In this document: piece after piece, positions 23,001-36,724 of the stretch
Position numbering within the stretch: the first letter of the stretch is position 1
Layout of the letters: each line of letters starts with the position of its first letter
Source of the DNA: Octopus bimaculoides
Taxonomy: Eukaryota
Direction of reading: 5' to 3'
DNA: 64,000 nucleotides
Assembly: GCF_001194135.2 (NCBI RefSeq)
Contig: NC_068987.1
Coordinates: forward strand, 61,570,294 to 61,634,293
The notes under the pieces: model-generated
Database searches by the model: none
Told to the model about the DNA's origin: nothing
Seen by the model: the letters and a program-made list of their open reading frames with translations, nothing else
Position numbers and translations under genes: made by a program

Positions 23001-26000
23001 CCAGACAAGGACTCTTGTTTACTACTACTATTGGTGTGTTGCTTTGTGTTTTTTGTACCTGGCAGTTAATTGTACTTGCTTCATTTTACTCTAACTAGAG
23101 GATATGTGTCATTTTAATAAAACTAGAAAATAAATTAAATAATAAGGGTAGAAATTAATATTATTAAAGGATACCAATTTGAACCAGTGGTCAGCAAGTG
23201 GTCTCTCCTCTTATTTATATAGAAAATTAAAATTTTTTTTTAATTGATAAAATTAGAATGTTTTAGATACACTTTCCCTGGAGGTGGATTTTGTATGTCT
23301 TTCCTTTCACCAACACTCACCTGTTTCCAAGCAAGGTAATATTTTGCCATGCTATAGCCAGACAATGTTCTCACAGAAGACTGGAAATAAACAACCTTGG
23401 TTGCATGACAGTGATGTTTGTTTACAACCATCACATGATATTAAAACCAGGGCACCCAATTAACACACACACACGTGCACGCGCGCACACACACACACAC
23501 ACACATACACACACACACACACTAGGTTTTTTCAGTTTCTGTTTACCAATCTACCAAATCCACTTATCAGGCTTTGGTTGACCCAGGGCAAGAGTGCCAC
23601 ACAGTAGGATCGGACCTGAGACCACATGGTTGGAAAGCAAGTTTCTTCAACCATACAGCCACACCTGCATGTATAAATCAGAAGTGAAAACCAGGGAATT
23701 TAAAAGATGCAAAGTGTAGTAGCCTTGTCCAGCACAGCAGGATTATCTATTAGACTGGCTACAGTGAATTAAGCCTGTAAATGTATTGATTATTGTTTCA
23801 GAGCAAAGGGAATGAGCTATATAAGGATTAACCATTTCAAAAGAATCAGGAAGTTCAAGATTTTTTTTTTAGAAGTGGTAAAAATAAGATTAGCACTTAA
23901 AGACCAGGTAATAATCTATTGTAAAAATCTGTGGTTAGTTTGTATATTCATGAGTTATCAGTTTGTCAGTGCTGTAATTGTTTAATCCTTTAACATTCAA
24001 AATACTCTCCCAAATGTAATGTTTATTTATTCATATTGTTGTTTTGGATTAATCATGCATTGTCATGTAGCTTTGAAATTTTGATGGTGTGATTATTTAT
24101 TTTTTGAGTGACATTTTATTTTTGTTTCTCACCTATCTCTCGATACTATGTTAAAACTCCCTACAGTGTTATTTATCAATGATTTATGGTTAAAATGTCA
24201 CACAAGATTAGACTAATTCATAGTATTTGGCTAAGATAGATGCAGTATAGTTGTAGTGGTGGTAGGTGGCGGCAGTGATAGTAGTAGTACTACCACCACC
24301 ACTGTTACCACATATACTAATAAACTGAGGTGACTGAGGACAGTATTGTGGATTATGTCTTAGTATACTGTACCTTTGTAAGCTTGGTGCTTTAGTTTTG
24401 TCGGTTGTGAGTTAAGTGTATTTTTCGGAGAGAGGGCACAGGGTATAAACATGTTGACCTTATTGACTCTCCTAAAGATCTTTGAATACCTTAGCCAAAA
24501 AATAAAAAAAGAAGAAAGAATGAGACCTGGTAAATTATCTGACGATGCTGGGAACTATTCACTTATATTTTTTTTTCATTTGATTTGTTATTTAACTGGA
24601 TTATGTGTGGTGAGGCTTTTTTTTTTATAGTATTTCTTAGAAATAAAGACATTGATTATTCCTCTTGCAAACTTCCTTTCATACAAATAAATCTCTCTCT
24701 TTATATTAAAAGTAATTATTCATTTCAGCTGATGACTGATTCTTGGTCTTTAAGTGTTATCATCAATCTTTTATCCATAAGATTACTTCCCAACCACATG
24801 GTTCTGGGTTCAGTCCTCCTGCAATGCACCTTGAGCAAGNNNNNNNNNNGAAGGGCATCCAGCCTTAGAAACAAAGTCAAAATAGACTATGGAATCTGGA
24901 GTGGCTCCTGGCCTTGCCAGTTCCTGTCAAGCCGTCCAGTCCATGCCAGCATGGAAAATGGAAGTTAAATGATGATGATGACGATGAAGATAATTGTAAT
25001 TAGAGGCTATGCCCTATGCGTATATGAAATCTTTCAGTGCTCATCATTAAGCAATTTCATTATTTCTTGATTCACACACATAGCATACATAAAACAAATT
25101 ATAAGCTTTATACACACACACACACACACACATTCATCAATTTGTTTTGCAAGATTCCTGATGTGAAATCGTGTGTTGAAACAGATATTGTTATATTTTG
25201 GGATGGTCAATTTTTTTTCTTTTGTCAAATAAACACACGCACTATATATATTTTTTTCTTCACTCATTTATTACTGTTCTTATTTTATTATTTTAGCTCA
25301 TGTCCATTGTCCAGAAATCTTTTGTCACACATCTGTGACCTCTTCAGTGACGAAAGATTTCTGGACAATGGACGTGAGTTAAAATAATAAAATAAGAACA
25401 GTAATAAACAAATGGAAAAAAATATATATGTAGTGTGTGTATTTATTTGGAGAAAAAAAAACAAAAACGACCATCCTGAAATACAAATACAAATATATAT
25501 ATATATGTATATGTATATATACATATATATATATATGTATATATATATGTATATATATATATATATATANNNNNNNNNNNNNNNNNNNNNNNNNNNNNNN
25601 NNNNNNNNNNNNNNNNNNNNNNNNNNNNNNNNNNNNNNNNNNNNNNNNNNNNNNNNNNNNNNNNNNNNNNNNNNNNNNNNNNNNNNNNNNNNNNNNNNNN
25701 NNNNNNNNNNNNNNNNNNNNNNNNNNNNNNNNNNNNNNNNNNNNNNNNNNNNNNNNNNNNNNNNNNNNNNNNNNNNNNNNNNNNNNNNNNNNNNNNNNNN
25801 NNNNNNNNNNNNNNNNNNNNNNNNNNNNNNNNNNNNNNNNNNNNNNNNNNNNNNNNNNNNNNNNNNNNNNNNNNNNNNNNNNNNNNNNNATATATATAGT
25901 CCCGCTGGACTGTCTCCTGTGCAGGTGGTACGTAAAATACACCATTTTTAGCGTGGCTGTTGCCAGTACTGCCTGACTGGCCTTCGTGCCGGTGGCACGT

Positions 26001-29000
26001 AAAAGCACCCACTACACTCTCAGAGTGGTTAGCGTTAGGAAGGGCATCCAGCTGTAGAAACTCTGCCAAATCAGATTGGAGCCTGGTGTAGCCATCTGGT
26101 TCACCAGTCCTCAGTCAAATCGTCCAACCCATGCTAGCATGGAAAGCAGACGTTAAACGATGATGATGATGATGATATGTATAAATGTTTGGTGTTATTA
26201 ATAAACATTATCTAAGATAATTCTTTCTTCTAAGTTTGTTGCTAATCTTGATTATTTAACACGTCAATCATAATACAGCCACAACCAAACTCTATTCTAC
26301 AAAACTCTTGGAAGATGAGAAGAAAATTTGGTAGCTTACCTTTTACATTTTACGTGTTCTAGTCATTAGACTGCTGCCATGCTGGGGCACCACCTTCAAG
26401 AATTTTTAGCTGAGTGAATCGACCCCAGTACTTATATTTTTAAAACCTGGTACTTATTGTATCGATCTCTCTTGTCAAACCATCAATTTACGGGGACGTA
26501 AACACACCAGCACCGGCTGTGAAGCGGTGATGGGGACAAATGCACACACATACACACTTATACATACATAAAGCTGAACATTAGAAGCATCAGTTGTGGT
26601 GTGCAAGAGAGACGATTGCGCTGGTATGGACATGTGGTGAGAATGGATGAGGATAGTTGCGTGAAAAAGTGCCACACCCTAACAGTTGAGGGAACCCGTG
26701 GAAGAGGTAGGCCCAGGAAGACCTGGGCTGAGGTGGTGAGGCAAGACCTTCGTACATTGGGCCTCACCGAGGCGATGACTACTGACCGAGACCTTTGGAA
26801 ATGTGCTGTGCGTGAGAAGACCCGGCAAGCCAAGTAAGATCGTTGCCAGTGCCCCTGGACTGGTTCTTGTGCGGGTGGCACATGAGATGCACCATTTNNN
26901 NNNNNNNNNNNNNNNNNNNNNNNNNNNNNNNNNNNNNNNNNNNNNNNNNNNNNNNNNNNNNNNNNNNNNNNNNNNNNNNNNNNNNNNNNNNNNNNNNNNN
27001 NNNNNNNNNNNNNNNNNNNNNNNNNNNNNNNNNNNNNNNNNNNNNNNNNNNNNNNNNNNNNNNNNNNNNNNNNNNNNNNNNNNNNNNNNNNNNNNNNNNN
27101 NNNNNNNNNNNNNNNNNNNNNNNNNNNNNNNNNNNNNNNNNNNNNNNNNNNNNNNNNNNNNNNNNNNNNNNNNNNNNNNNNNNNNNNNNNNNNNNNNNNN
27201 NNNNNNNNNNNNNNNNNNNNNNNNNNNNNNNNNNNNNNNNNNNNNNNNNNNNNNNNNNNNNNNNNNNNNNNNNNNNNNNNNNNNNNNNNNNNNNNNNNNN
27301 NNNNNNNNNNNNNNNNNNNNNNNNNNNNNNNNNNNNNNNNNNNNNNNNNNNNNNNNNNNNNNNNNNNNNNNNNNNNNNNNNNNNNNNNNNNNNNNNNNNN
27401 NNNNNNNNNNNNNNNNNNNNNNNNNNNNNNNNNNNNNNNNNNNNNNNNNNNNNNNNNNNNNNNNNNNNNNNNNNNNNNNNNNNNNNNNNNNNNNNNNNNN
27501 NNNNNNNNNNNNNNNNNNNNNNNNNNNNNNNNNNNNNNNNNNNNNNNNNNNNNNNNNNNNNNNNNNNNNNNNNNNNNNNNNNNNNNNNNNNNNNNNNNNN
27601 NNNNNNNNNNNNNNNNNNNNNNNNNNNNNNNNNNNNNNNNNNNNNNNNNNNNNNNNNNNNNNNNNNNNNNNNNNNNNNNNNNNNNNNNNNNNNNNNNNAT
27701 ATATATATATATATAAAACAAATAATAAATGAGTATATGCATATATACGTACAGGTATGTGCATACCTACGCCTACCTGTATATATAGGTGCATATCTGG
27801 GTACAGGACATTGCAAACAAAACGTAGACAAAAAAATAATAATAACCAGAGTACAGAATACACACAGGCCACATAGAGAACATTTTCCTTCATCAGCTAC
27901 CCCCATTCTAACACAGGCGTTCGATATTTATTTATTTATTTTATAGTACGCTATAAGAAATTACACAAGACAGATAACTCTTGAACCCAATTACAAAGTT
28001 ATCTCCCTTGAAATATTTGTATTTCTACTCTCACGGATAGCGAAAGTCGTAAATTTTTTGCACCTGCTTAAAACAGCGAATCAGACCTTTGATAAATTTC
28101 TCACTAGTCATGAATATCTTCATGTTTGCTTTAACTAGAACGAGAAATAGGTATAATCTATCTGCTTTTTTCCAATACGTTGTGCTGCACCTGAGTACTC
28201 CATTCAAGTAATTTACTGAGCTAGCAGAATTGATAGCAAGTCGGATAAAATGCATAGCGATGTTTCCTCCAGCTCTTAACGTTCTAAGCTCAAATCTCGC
28301 CAAGGTTATAATTTTCTTTCATCCTTTCGAGGCCAATTTAATAAAGTACCAATTAAGTACCCTCCACTCAAAATTACTGGCCTAGTGCCAAAATTCTAGA
28401 GGACGATTATTATTATTAAGGCGGTAAGCTGGCAGAATCGTTAGCACGCTAGGCAAAATGCTTGGTCGCTTTTCGTTCGTCTTTACGTTCAGAGTTCAAA
28501 TACTGCCGAGGTTGACTTTGCCTTTCATCCTTTTGGAGTTGATAAATTAAGTACCAGTGAAACACTAGGGTTGATGTAATCAACTTAACACCTCCCTCCG
28601 AATTTTAGGCTTTGCACTTTTAGTAGAAAGGATTATTATTATTAAGGCAGCAAGCTGGTAGAATCATTAGCATGCTGGACAAAATGCTTAGCGATGTTTT
28701 ATTCATTTTTATGTTCTGAGTTCAAATTCCACTGAAGTCAACTTTGCCTTTCAAAACTCTGGGATGAATTCATTTGACTAAAACATTCTTTGAGGTGCTG
28801 CCCCAGCATGGCTGCAGTCAAATGACTGGAACAAGTTAAAGATAAAAGATATATCAGTGGATAAATGTTTACTATGTTAAGAGAATTAGCATATATGTCA
28901 ATGATAATTCTGTTAGCATTGAAAATATTTCTTCATTAACATGCCATCTGATGATTGTCTTTCCAGCAACAAATGTGAAGTAATGGTAAAATAATCAGCT

Positions 29001-30585
29001 GTAACAATAATGTAAATATATATGTAGGAAGAAATTTGTGTGACTTGATATGATAAACTAAAGGCTAAATGTTAAACTTTTAATGTTTTAATCATACCAA
29101 ATTCCTTCTGGTTCATTTATTGCCAGTTTGAAAACTCAGCAAGGATTATTGGTTGATTTTGGTTCCTTTCCCCAGAAAGTGGTTGAACTCCTGAATTTAT
29201 GTTTATTAGAAGAAGATAAAGAAGTCCCCAAGTAAGTTGTAAAACCTCATTTATAGTTTTTATTAAATCTTTGAAATAGAATCAAGTATTGATTTATGAT
29301 TTATTTAACATGTAACATGCACAAATGTTTAAGCGACTTCTTTCAAGTATATCTTTTTGGTGGTAGCAAAAAAAAAAAGGTGTTCGTTTAAATCTTTAAA
29401 TGCACCTTCATTACATTTACCATAATAGAGTAGAAAAGAAGAGACTGTCAGGGATTAGTACTTAAGACTTTGATTTTTAGTTTTAAGGTTAGCATATTTT
29501 ATGGTAAGTATATTTGTATCTTCAAGTGTATCTTGAAAAATAACCAAATGCCCAATGGCAGCACTAGTGGATGAAGATCTATGATCTCAATGATTATACT
29601 GGTAGCAGAGGGTAATGTCAAAAAGACAAGTCAAACTGCATCAGAGGCATTTCCTTGTTGAAGAAAGAAGTACTTGAAAATGAGAAGGAGCCACTACTGC
29701 TAATTATGTGTCTGCCTTCATTATGGGTCTGGAGAAAGCAACTCAGAAACATTTCAGAGAATCTCTGTCCTAATCATTACATGGAGTATCTTGAATGGTT
29801 CCCAGGAAACATAGTTGACCACTGGCCTTGTGTTCTATCTTGCCTAAATTATACACACTAATTGTTGACTAATATTGTCTAATTATCATGAGGTTTCATC
29901 ATATGCTGACATGGGCTGGATGGCTTGATGGGAGCTGGCGAGGCCAGGAGTCATACTAGGTTCCATAGTCTGTTGTAGTAGTTAATCTTGTAGCCCTGTT
30001 AGTAGGTTATTGGTGTAATTCAAGGTGCTGCTGGTACCCCCCCCCCCAAAAAAAAAAAAACCAAGGCCATTTAACTGATTGATAAAGGTTCATTCACCTA
30101 TGTTACCACTGTTAGCTCATGCTTTTGTTGTTTCTTCTCTTTGCCCCTTATAGCAATTCTAGCCCGGCTACTTTTTTTTTTTTTTAACTAGCCATCCTCT
30201 TTAACTGGACCTACTTCTTCTGCTCCTGTCCTATTTTTAATATGTTTTACCTCCTAGACACCACTAAACACTGTCTATTCCTTCTATCTCAGAATTACAA
30301 TCTCATGGAATTCTCTTCTAACCTATATTTTCCTTAGAGACATCGAACTACAGATATTCAACATCAACCGCATTAATTTGTGAGACTGCAGAAGTCATGG
30401 AAATTGACCTAATTACTCTGATTATTTTGTAGTAGTAGTAGTCGTAGTAGTAGTAATAATCCTTTCTGCTTAGGGTACAAGGCTTGAATTTCAGGGGTGG
30501 GGTCTAAGTCAATTACATCAATCCCTGTCTTCAACTGGTATTTATTTTATCAACCCAGAAAGGATGAACGGCAAAGTCACCCTTG

Positions 30586-30637
<52 letters not shown>

Positions 30638-33600
30638 TAAGGCAGTGAACTGGCAGAATTGTTATACTGGGTGAAAATGCTTAGTACTACGTTCTGAGTT
30701 CAAATTCTGCTGAGGTCGACTTTGCCTTTCCTCCTTCTGGAGTCAATAAAATAAGTACCAGTTAAGCACTGGGATGATGTAATTAACTACCCCCCCCACT
30801 TCTCTGAAATTATTGGCCTTGTGCTAAAATTAGGGCATCCAGCTGTAGAAACTCTGCCAGATCAGATTGGAGCCTGGTGCAGCCATCTGGCTCGCCAGTC
30901 CTCAGTCAAACTGTCCAACCCATGCCAGCATGGAAAGCGGATGTTAAACAATGATGATGATGATAAATTTTTGCCTATTTCCTCGAGAGTGAGCATTGTA
31001 GAACATGTCAAATTGAATCCAATAGATGTTTTCAGTTCCCAGTGCCATAAATTCTTTCAGTGATTTTTCATTTAGAATTTAAACACTTTTGTTATTGATT
31101 TTGTTATAGTTGTATAACATTGGGCGTTAGGCAGGGCATCCAGCTTTAGAAAACATGCCAGATCAGATTGGAATCTGGTACAGTTCCTCAGCTTGCCAGC
31201 TCTGGTCAAACCATCCAACTCATGCCAGCATGGACAATGGATGTTAAATGATGATGATAATGATGATGTATTCTACCACTTGCCTGTAAATGGAGGTTGA
31301 ATTCTGGTTGGCTCCAGTATCTCTTGGTGAAACTACACTGCACTGGTTTCTTATTAACTCCTCTGAGCCCACTGGAGAGGACTTGCAGTGTAAGATAAGG
31401 AAACACTTATTTAACTATACAGTACTCTTCCTGATTATCCTTGAGCTATATTTAGCACACACACATTCATATATCTAGTGTACCATTTGTAACTAAATGA
31501 CTTGGGGCCTCAGATGCATATCAGTTTCAGCTATGTATCTGATGGTGTAAATTTTAGCCAAATATGATCTCTATGTATGTTTGTCTCATTATTGATTTTT
31601 TTATTAATATTAAAGGCTATTTTTCTGTTTTTGCTTAGATTCATTTTGCAGCTATTGAATCAAGGTGGAGTGAATCAAATTCGGCCGATAGCTGTTTTAA
31701 ATATTGTTGAGACCAATCCATTTAAACATTTGACTCACCTTTCATTGAAGTTTCTACCTGGACAAGATAGCGATGTGAAAAAATATCTTGCTGATTGCTT
31801 GAAGCAGCTAAAGGTACTGTTTATCCTGCTGTTTTCTTAACATTGGTATAACTACATAATTCAGCGCTTGGAAGTCTCAGTGGATAGGCTGCATATGTGT
31901 GCAGAAGCAATGTGTTCACATCTCATTGTTACTTTATTTCTTGATTAAAGGTTAAGGTTTGACTTGATTTGAACTTGTCTCTTAGTTTAATCCTTTAGCT
32001 TTTAAATAACTCTTGTCAAGTGTAATAATTGTTTATTCTCATTCTTCTGAATTAATCATGTACTAACTTGTAGCTTTGTGTTGTGATTTTGATGATGTGA
32101 TTGTTTATTTTTAGAATGACATTGTAGGGTTGGTGTGAGATGCTGGATCTGGCTGATTTGAACGGGCTGTATATGGTCGGTTTAAATGCTAAATTCTAAA
32201 GGGTTAAGGCAGCATATCTGTTTAAGAATTTATGGGATTTGTAATTCTAACAAAGTCAATGAAGAGACCTTACAGTGGAGTCCTCTGGCATTCTCAGTCC
32301 CCAAACCACATCCCTGTTCACCACTATCAGGGCAGAAGTGGCTATCTGCAAGTGTGAACCCTGTACATCTCCTTTGCCATCCTCCAGGGCAACGCCTTTT
32401 CCATTTTGTCTGCTGGGACCATGAGGTGGCATAGCTTAGTTTATCTGACTATAAATATCTACCCAAGTGAGGATTATCTCCCAACACCAAACAATAAAAG
32501 TTGTATAATTTGTCAGTTTCATTTGCTTGTCATGATGTGCACAATTTCTGACGTTAACATAGATAAGGCAATCTGTTATCTTTTTATTTGTGTCAGTTAT
32601 TGAGTGTGACCTTCCTGGGGTACTGCCTTGAAGGGTTTTATTTGAATGAATGAACCCCAGTACTTTATTTTTTAAAGCCTGGTACTTATTCTGTTGGTCT
32701 CTTATGTTGAACTACTAAGTTATGAGGATTTAAATAAACTGACACCAGTTGTTAAAGTGGTGGTAGAAGACACACTACAAAAACGCGCTCACACAAATAT
32801 GTACATATTTATATAAGTATGCAACAGGCTTCTTTCAGTTTCCATCTACTAAATTTACTCATAAGGTTGGTCTGTGGCTACAGTAAAAAAACACTTGTAC
32901 AAGGTGCCGTGCTGTGGGACCGAACCTGGAGCCATGTGATTGGACAGAAAATGCCTGCACTTCATCATCCTCATCATCGTTTAATGTCTGTTTTCCATGC
33001 TGGCATCAATTGGACTGTTTGACTGGAGCTGGTAAGGCCAAGGGCCACACCAGGCCCCATTGTCTGTTTTGGCATGGTTTCTACGGCTGGATGCCTTTCC
33101 TAATACCAACCACTCCATGGAGTATACCAGGTGCTCTTAACGTGGCATCAGCACAAGAACTTTTTATATGGTACGAGCACTAGTAAAAAAAGAAAAGATT
33201 ACCCCTTTAGTTTGTTCACCGATTAATTGTTAACTGAAGATGGTAATCTTTTGTTGTGTTTCACTAAATAATTGCATTATGGAAAATACATTTACATGTT
33301 TAAAGTTTATAGCATTTTTATTATCAACTTATTTATAACTTTTTGTGTTAACTTTGTGTCTTTCATTCAGGAAACCAATGAATTATTACACCAGCGCCTG
33401 GAACACACAAACACTGACTTATCTCAACGTCTAAAACAGGCTGAAGAAGTTAGTCCATATACATTTTATTTTGGAAATTTTTTTTCAATTAAAATAGCTC
33501 CAGATCTAACACGTAACACTTATACTCAATAAACTTCCCTTAGTACATACATCACCTGTGTGCTATTATGTCTAACACCATTACAGATGATATTATGCAT

Positions 33601-36600
33601 CACTCCTCCTTAGTCTTTTGTACATTCACTGCTTAAAAATTTTTCATGAAATCTTTCTTTATATTCATTGACCTTAAATTTGTTCAAGTTAAACATAAGC
33701 CACATCAGCCTCACTAACCTGGGAGGACCTGCAAAGATTGTGAGAGCAAATCTTAGTTCTCATTAGGTAAAAATTAAATTTTCTTTCTGTAGGAATATGA
33801 AGAAAACCTTTCAAGTGAAAAATTAAAAATGTTTGAAGTAACTGAATGACACACACACACAAGCACACACACACACACACACACGCACGCACACACACAC
33901 ACATCCATCTCATTTACATGGTATGTATTTGAATTTTACTTTGAATTGCAGAAACTATCAATAAGAACAACTGAACTGGAAAGTCTTAAAACTGAATGGA
34001 CATGCAAAATTAATGAATTAACTGCTAATCATAAAGAAGAGCTGAGCCTTGAGAAAGAGCAATGTTTTGAGGTAAGACTCCCAAACACTCAAACTAATGA
34101 ATCTGAAACGATTATCACAAAATGTCTTCTGTCTTAATATTTGAGATGATTTCTTGTTCCTTTAGCGAAGCCTTTGTTTTTTGTTATAATTTGATTTTCT
34201 CTTGAGGAAGAGGGATTGGGGGCATAGCCATAAAGGATATGCCTGTATGTATGGATGGCTGCAGTTTTACTTAGCTTGTCATGTCTTCTCAAGTACAGCA
34301 AATCGCTACAAGTCCCAATCCCTTGTCATCTCTTCAGTGAGGCCCAGCGTCTGAAGATCCTTTCTCACCAATTTGTCCCATGTCTTCCTGAGTTCACCCC
34401 TTCCTCAGGTTCCCTCCACAATTAGAGATCGGCACTTCTTTAAGCAGCTGTTCTCATCCACGTGCATCACATGACCATACCAACATAGTCTTCTCTCTTA
34501 CACACAACATCAATGCCACTTAGTTTTCCTTGTAAATCATTTACACTCTGTTGTATGTGCACACTGACATTACCCATCCAGCAGCACATGATGACTTCAT
34601 TTCTTTCAAGCTTTTGCACGGCCTCTGTAATCACAGCCCATGTTTTACTGCCATGTAGCTTAGTTGTACAGACACAGGCATTGTACAATCTGCCTTTCAC
34701 TCTATTAAATTTTGCTCTTAGGATGGCCAGTTGTTTTAAACATAGTCATTTTGCACTTAACCCTTTTGATATCAATCTGGCTGAAACTGGCTCTGGCTCT
34801 GTAGGACAAATGTCTTAAGTTCTGAATTAAAATCTTCCACCAAACCTTAGTCACAATTTATGTTCCTAACACTAGCTTAATGATAACTAAGTTATTTTAC
34901 TAAATTCTTTGTTATATTTAAAGTAATTAAAAGAAGCACAGGATATCTCAAAATAAATACAATAATGAAAGGGTTAAAATATTAAAAAATGCCTTGCTTA
35001 GTGAGTGATAACTAGATCCGTTCACCATTCTGTATAATGCATCATTTTTATGGCTTAGTGTTTTTACAACTTGTTTATAACAGTACCAACTAAATCATGA
35101 AGTGTTTCATAACCTTTGTATACATTTATGTACAATAATTCATCAAGTTGGTGTTTTGAGAGATAAATCCTTGTGTAGGATGTTAGTCTATTATATTTTT
35201 TACTTGTTTTAGTCATTAGACTGTGACCATGCTGGGGCACCACCTTGAAGAATTTTAGTCGAACTTATCAACCTCAGTACTTATTTTTTTGTGAAGCCTT
35301 GTGCTAATTCTGTTGGTTTCTCTGTCTCTTTTACGGGGACATGAACATACCATCATTGGTCGTCAAGCAGTGGTGGAGGACAGACACATAAACAAAGATG
35401 TACACACACATACAAACACACACACAACGGGTTTCTTTCAGTTTCCATCTACCAAATCCACTCAGAAGACTTTGGTCGTCCTGAGGCTATAGTAGAAGCC
35501 GTTTGCCCAAAGTGTCATATTGTGGGACTGAACCTGAAATCATGTGGTTGGGAAACAAACTTCTTACCACACAGCCATACCTGCACCTATCATAGATAAC
35601 ATTTCCAGAAGATTTCATACAACAACATCCTGAAGTGAGAACCTTTAAATGAAATGCTCAGTTGTGGACTGAAGCCCTGAGATAGTTATCAAATTGAGCT
35701 AAGTTAACGAAAGCTTGTAGATCAGGTCCAAACTCATGACCTCAACCAACCATCTATCTTACTTCTCTGTATCTATTCTATATTCTCCTCTTCAATTCTA
35801 TTTCTCACTCTCCTTTATTTTATTTATTTATTTATTTTGTGTTTCCAGATAAAGAACAGCTGTCAGTTGAAATTGGAGAATGAACGTAAAGAGCTTGAAC
35901 AGTCTCATATGAGGATTGTAAAGCAGATGGAGGCAAAATTATTTGAAGCTGAATCCTCCAATAAAGTATGTATTTCTTGGTTTTAAACTTCAAAAATTCA
36001 TCTGTTTTCTTGTTATTTCTCAAGCATTTTAATTAGGGCTTTCATTGCTTTCTTTAACCCTTTAGCATTCAGATTATTCTGTCAAATGTTATGCATATTT
36101 ATTCACACTTTTGAATTAATCGTGCATTATCTCACAGCTTGCTGGTTCCCTGTGAAACCATCCTACCCATGCTAGCATGGAAAGCAGATATTAACTAATC
36201 ATAAATAAATGACTGAAATAAACAGATTTTGTGACAGGTTTCAGTTCCCAGTTATAATTGTTTCAATTTTGTCTTTATTTTCTTTGCTAACATTCTTGAG
36301 AAAGGTATTGATGTTACAGTATTAATTCCCATAAGAATATACTCTTGGATGCTTATCATTGAACAAGATCTCATAATCCAAGATTTCAGTGGTTTATAAT
36401 CAACATAATATTTCTTTATGTTCATCTTTACCTTATAATATTTTTTACCTCACAATAATATCAAGCCAAGTGAAATCATTGTTGTGGCCAATGCCGGTGT
36501 CATATAATTGGTACTTGTGCCAGTGGCATGTAAAAAGCACCCATTACTCTTGGAGTAGTTAGTGTTAGGAAGGGCATCCAGCTGTAGAAGCCATGCCAAA

Positions 36601-36688
36601 TCAGATTGGAACCTGGGGCAGCTCTCCAGCTTTCCAGTTCCAGTCAAACTTTCTAATCCATGCCAGCATGGAAAGCAGACACTAAATA

Positions 36689-36724
<36 letters not shown>

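Noticed and set aside
25379-27946. The longest ORFs in the track (179-404 aa)
   Set aside because: They are open only because they run through N-gaps and (TA)n; not real coding sequence.
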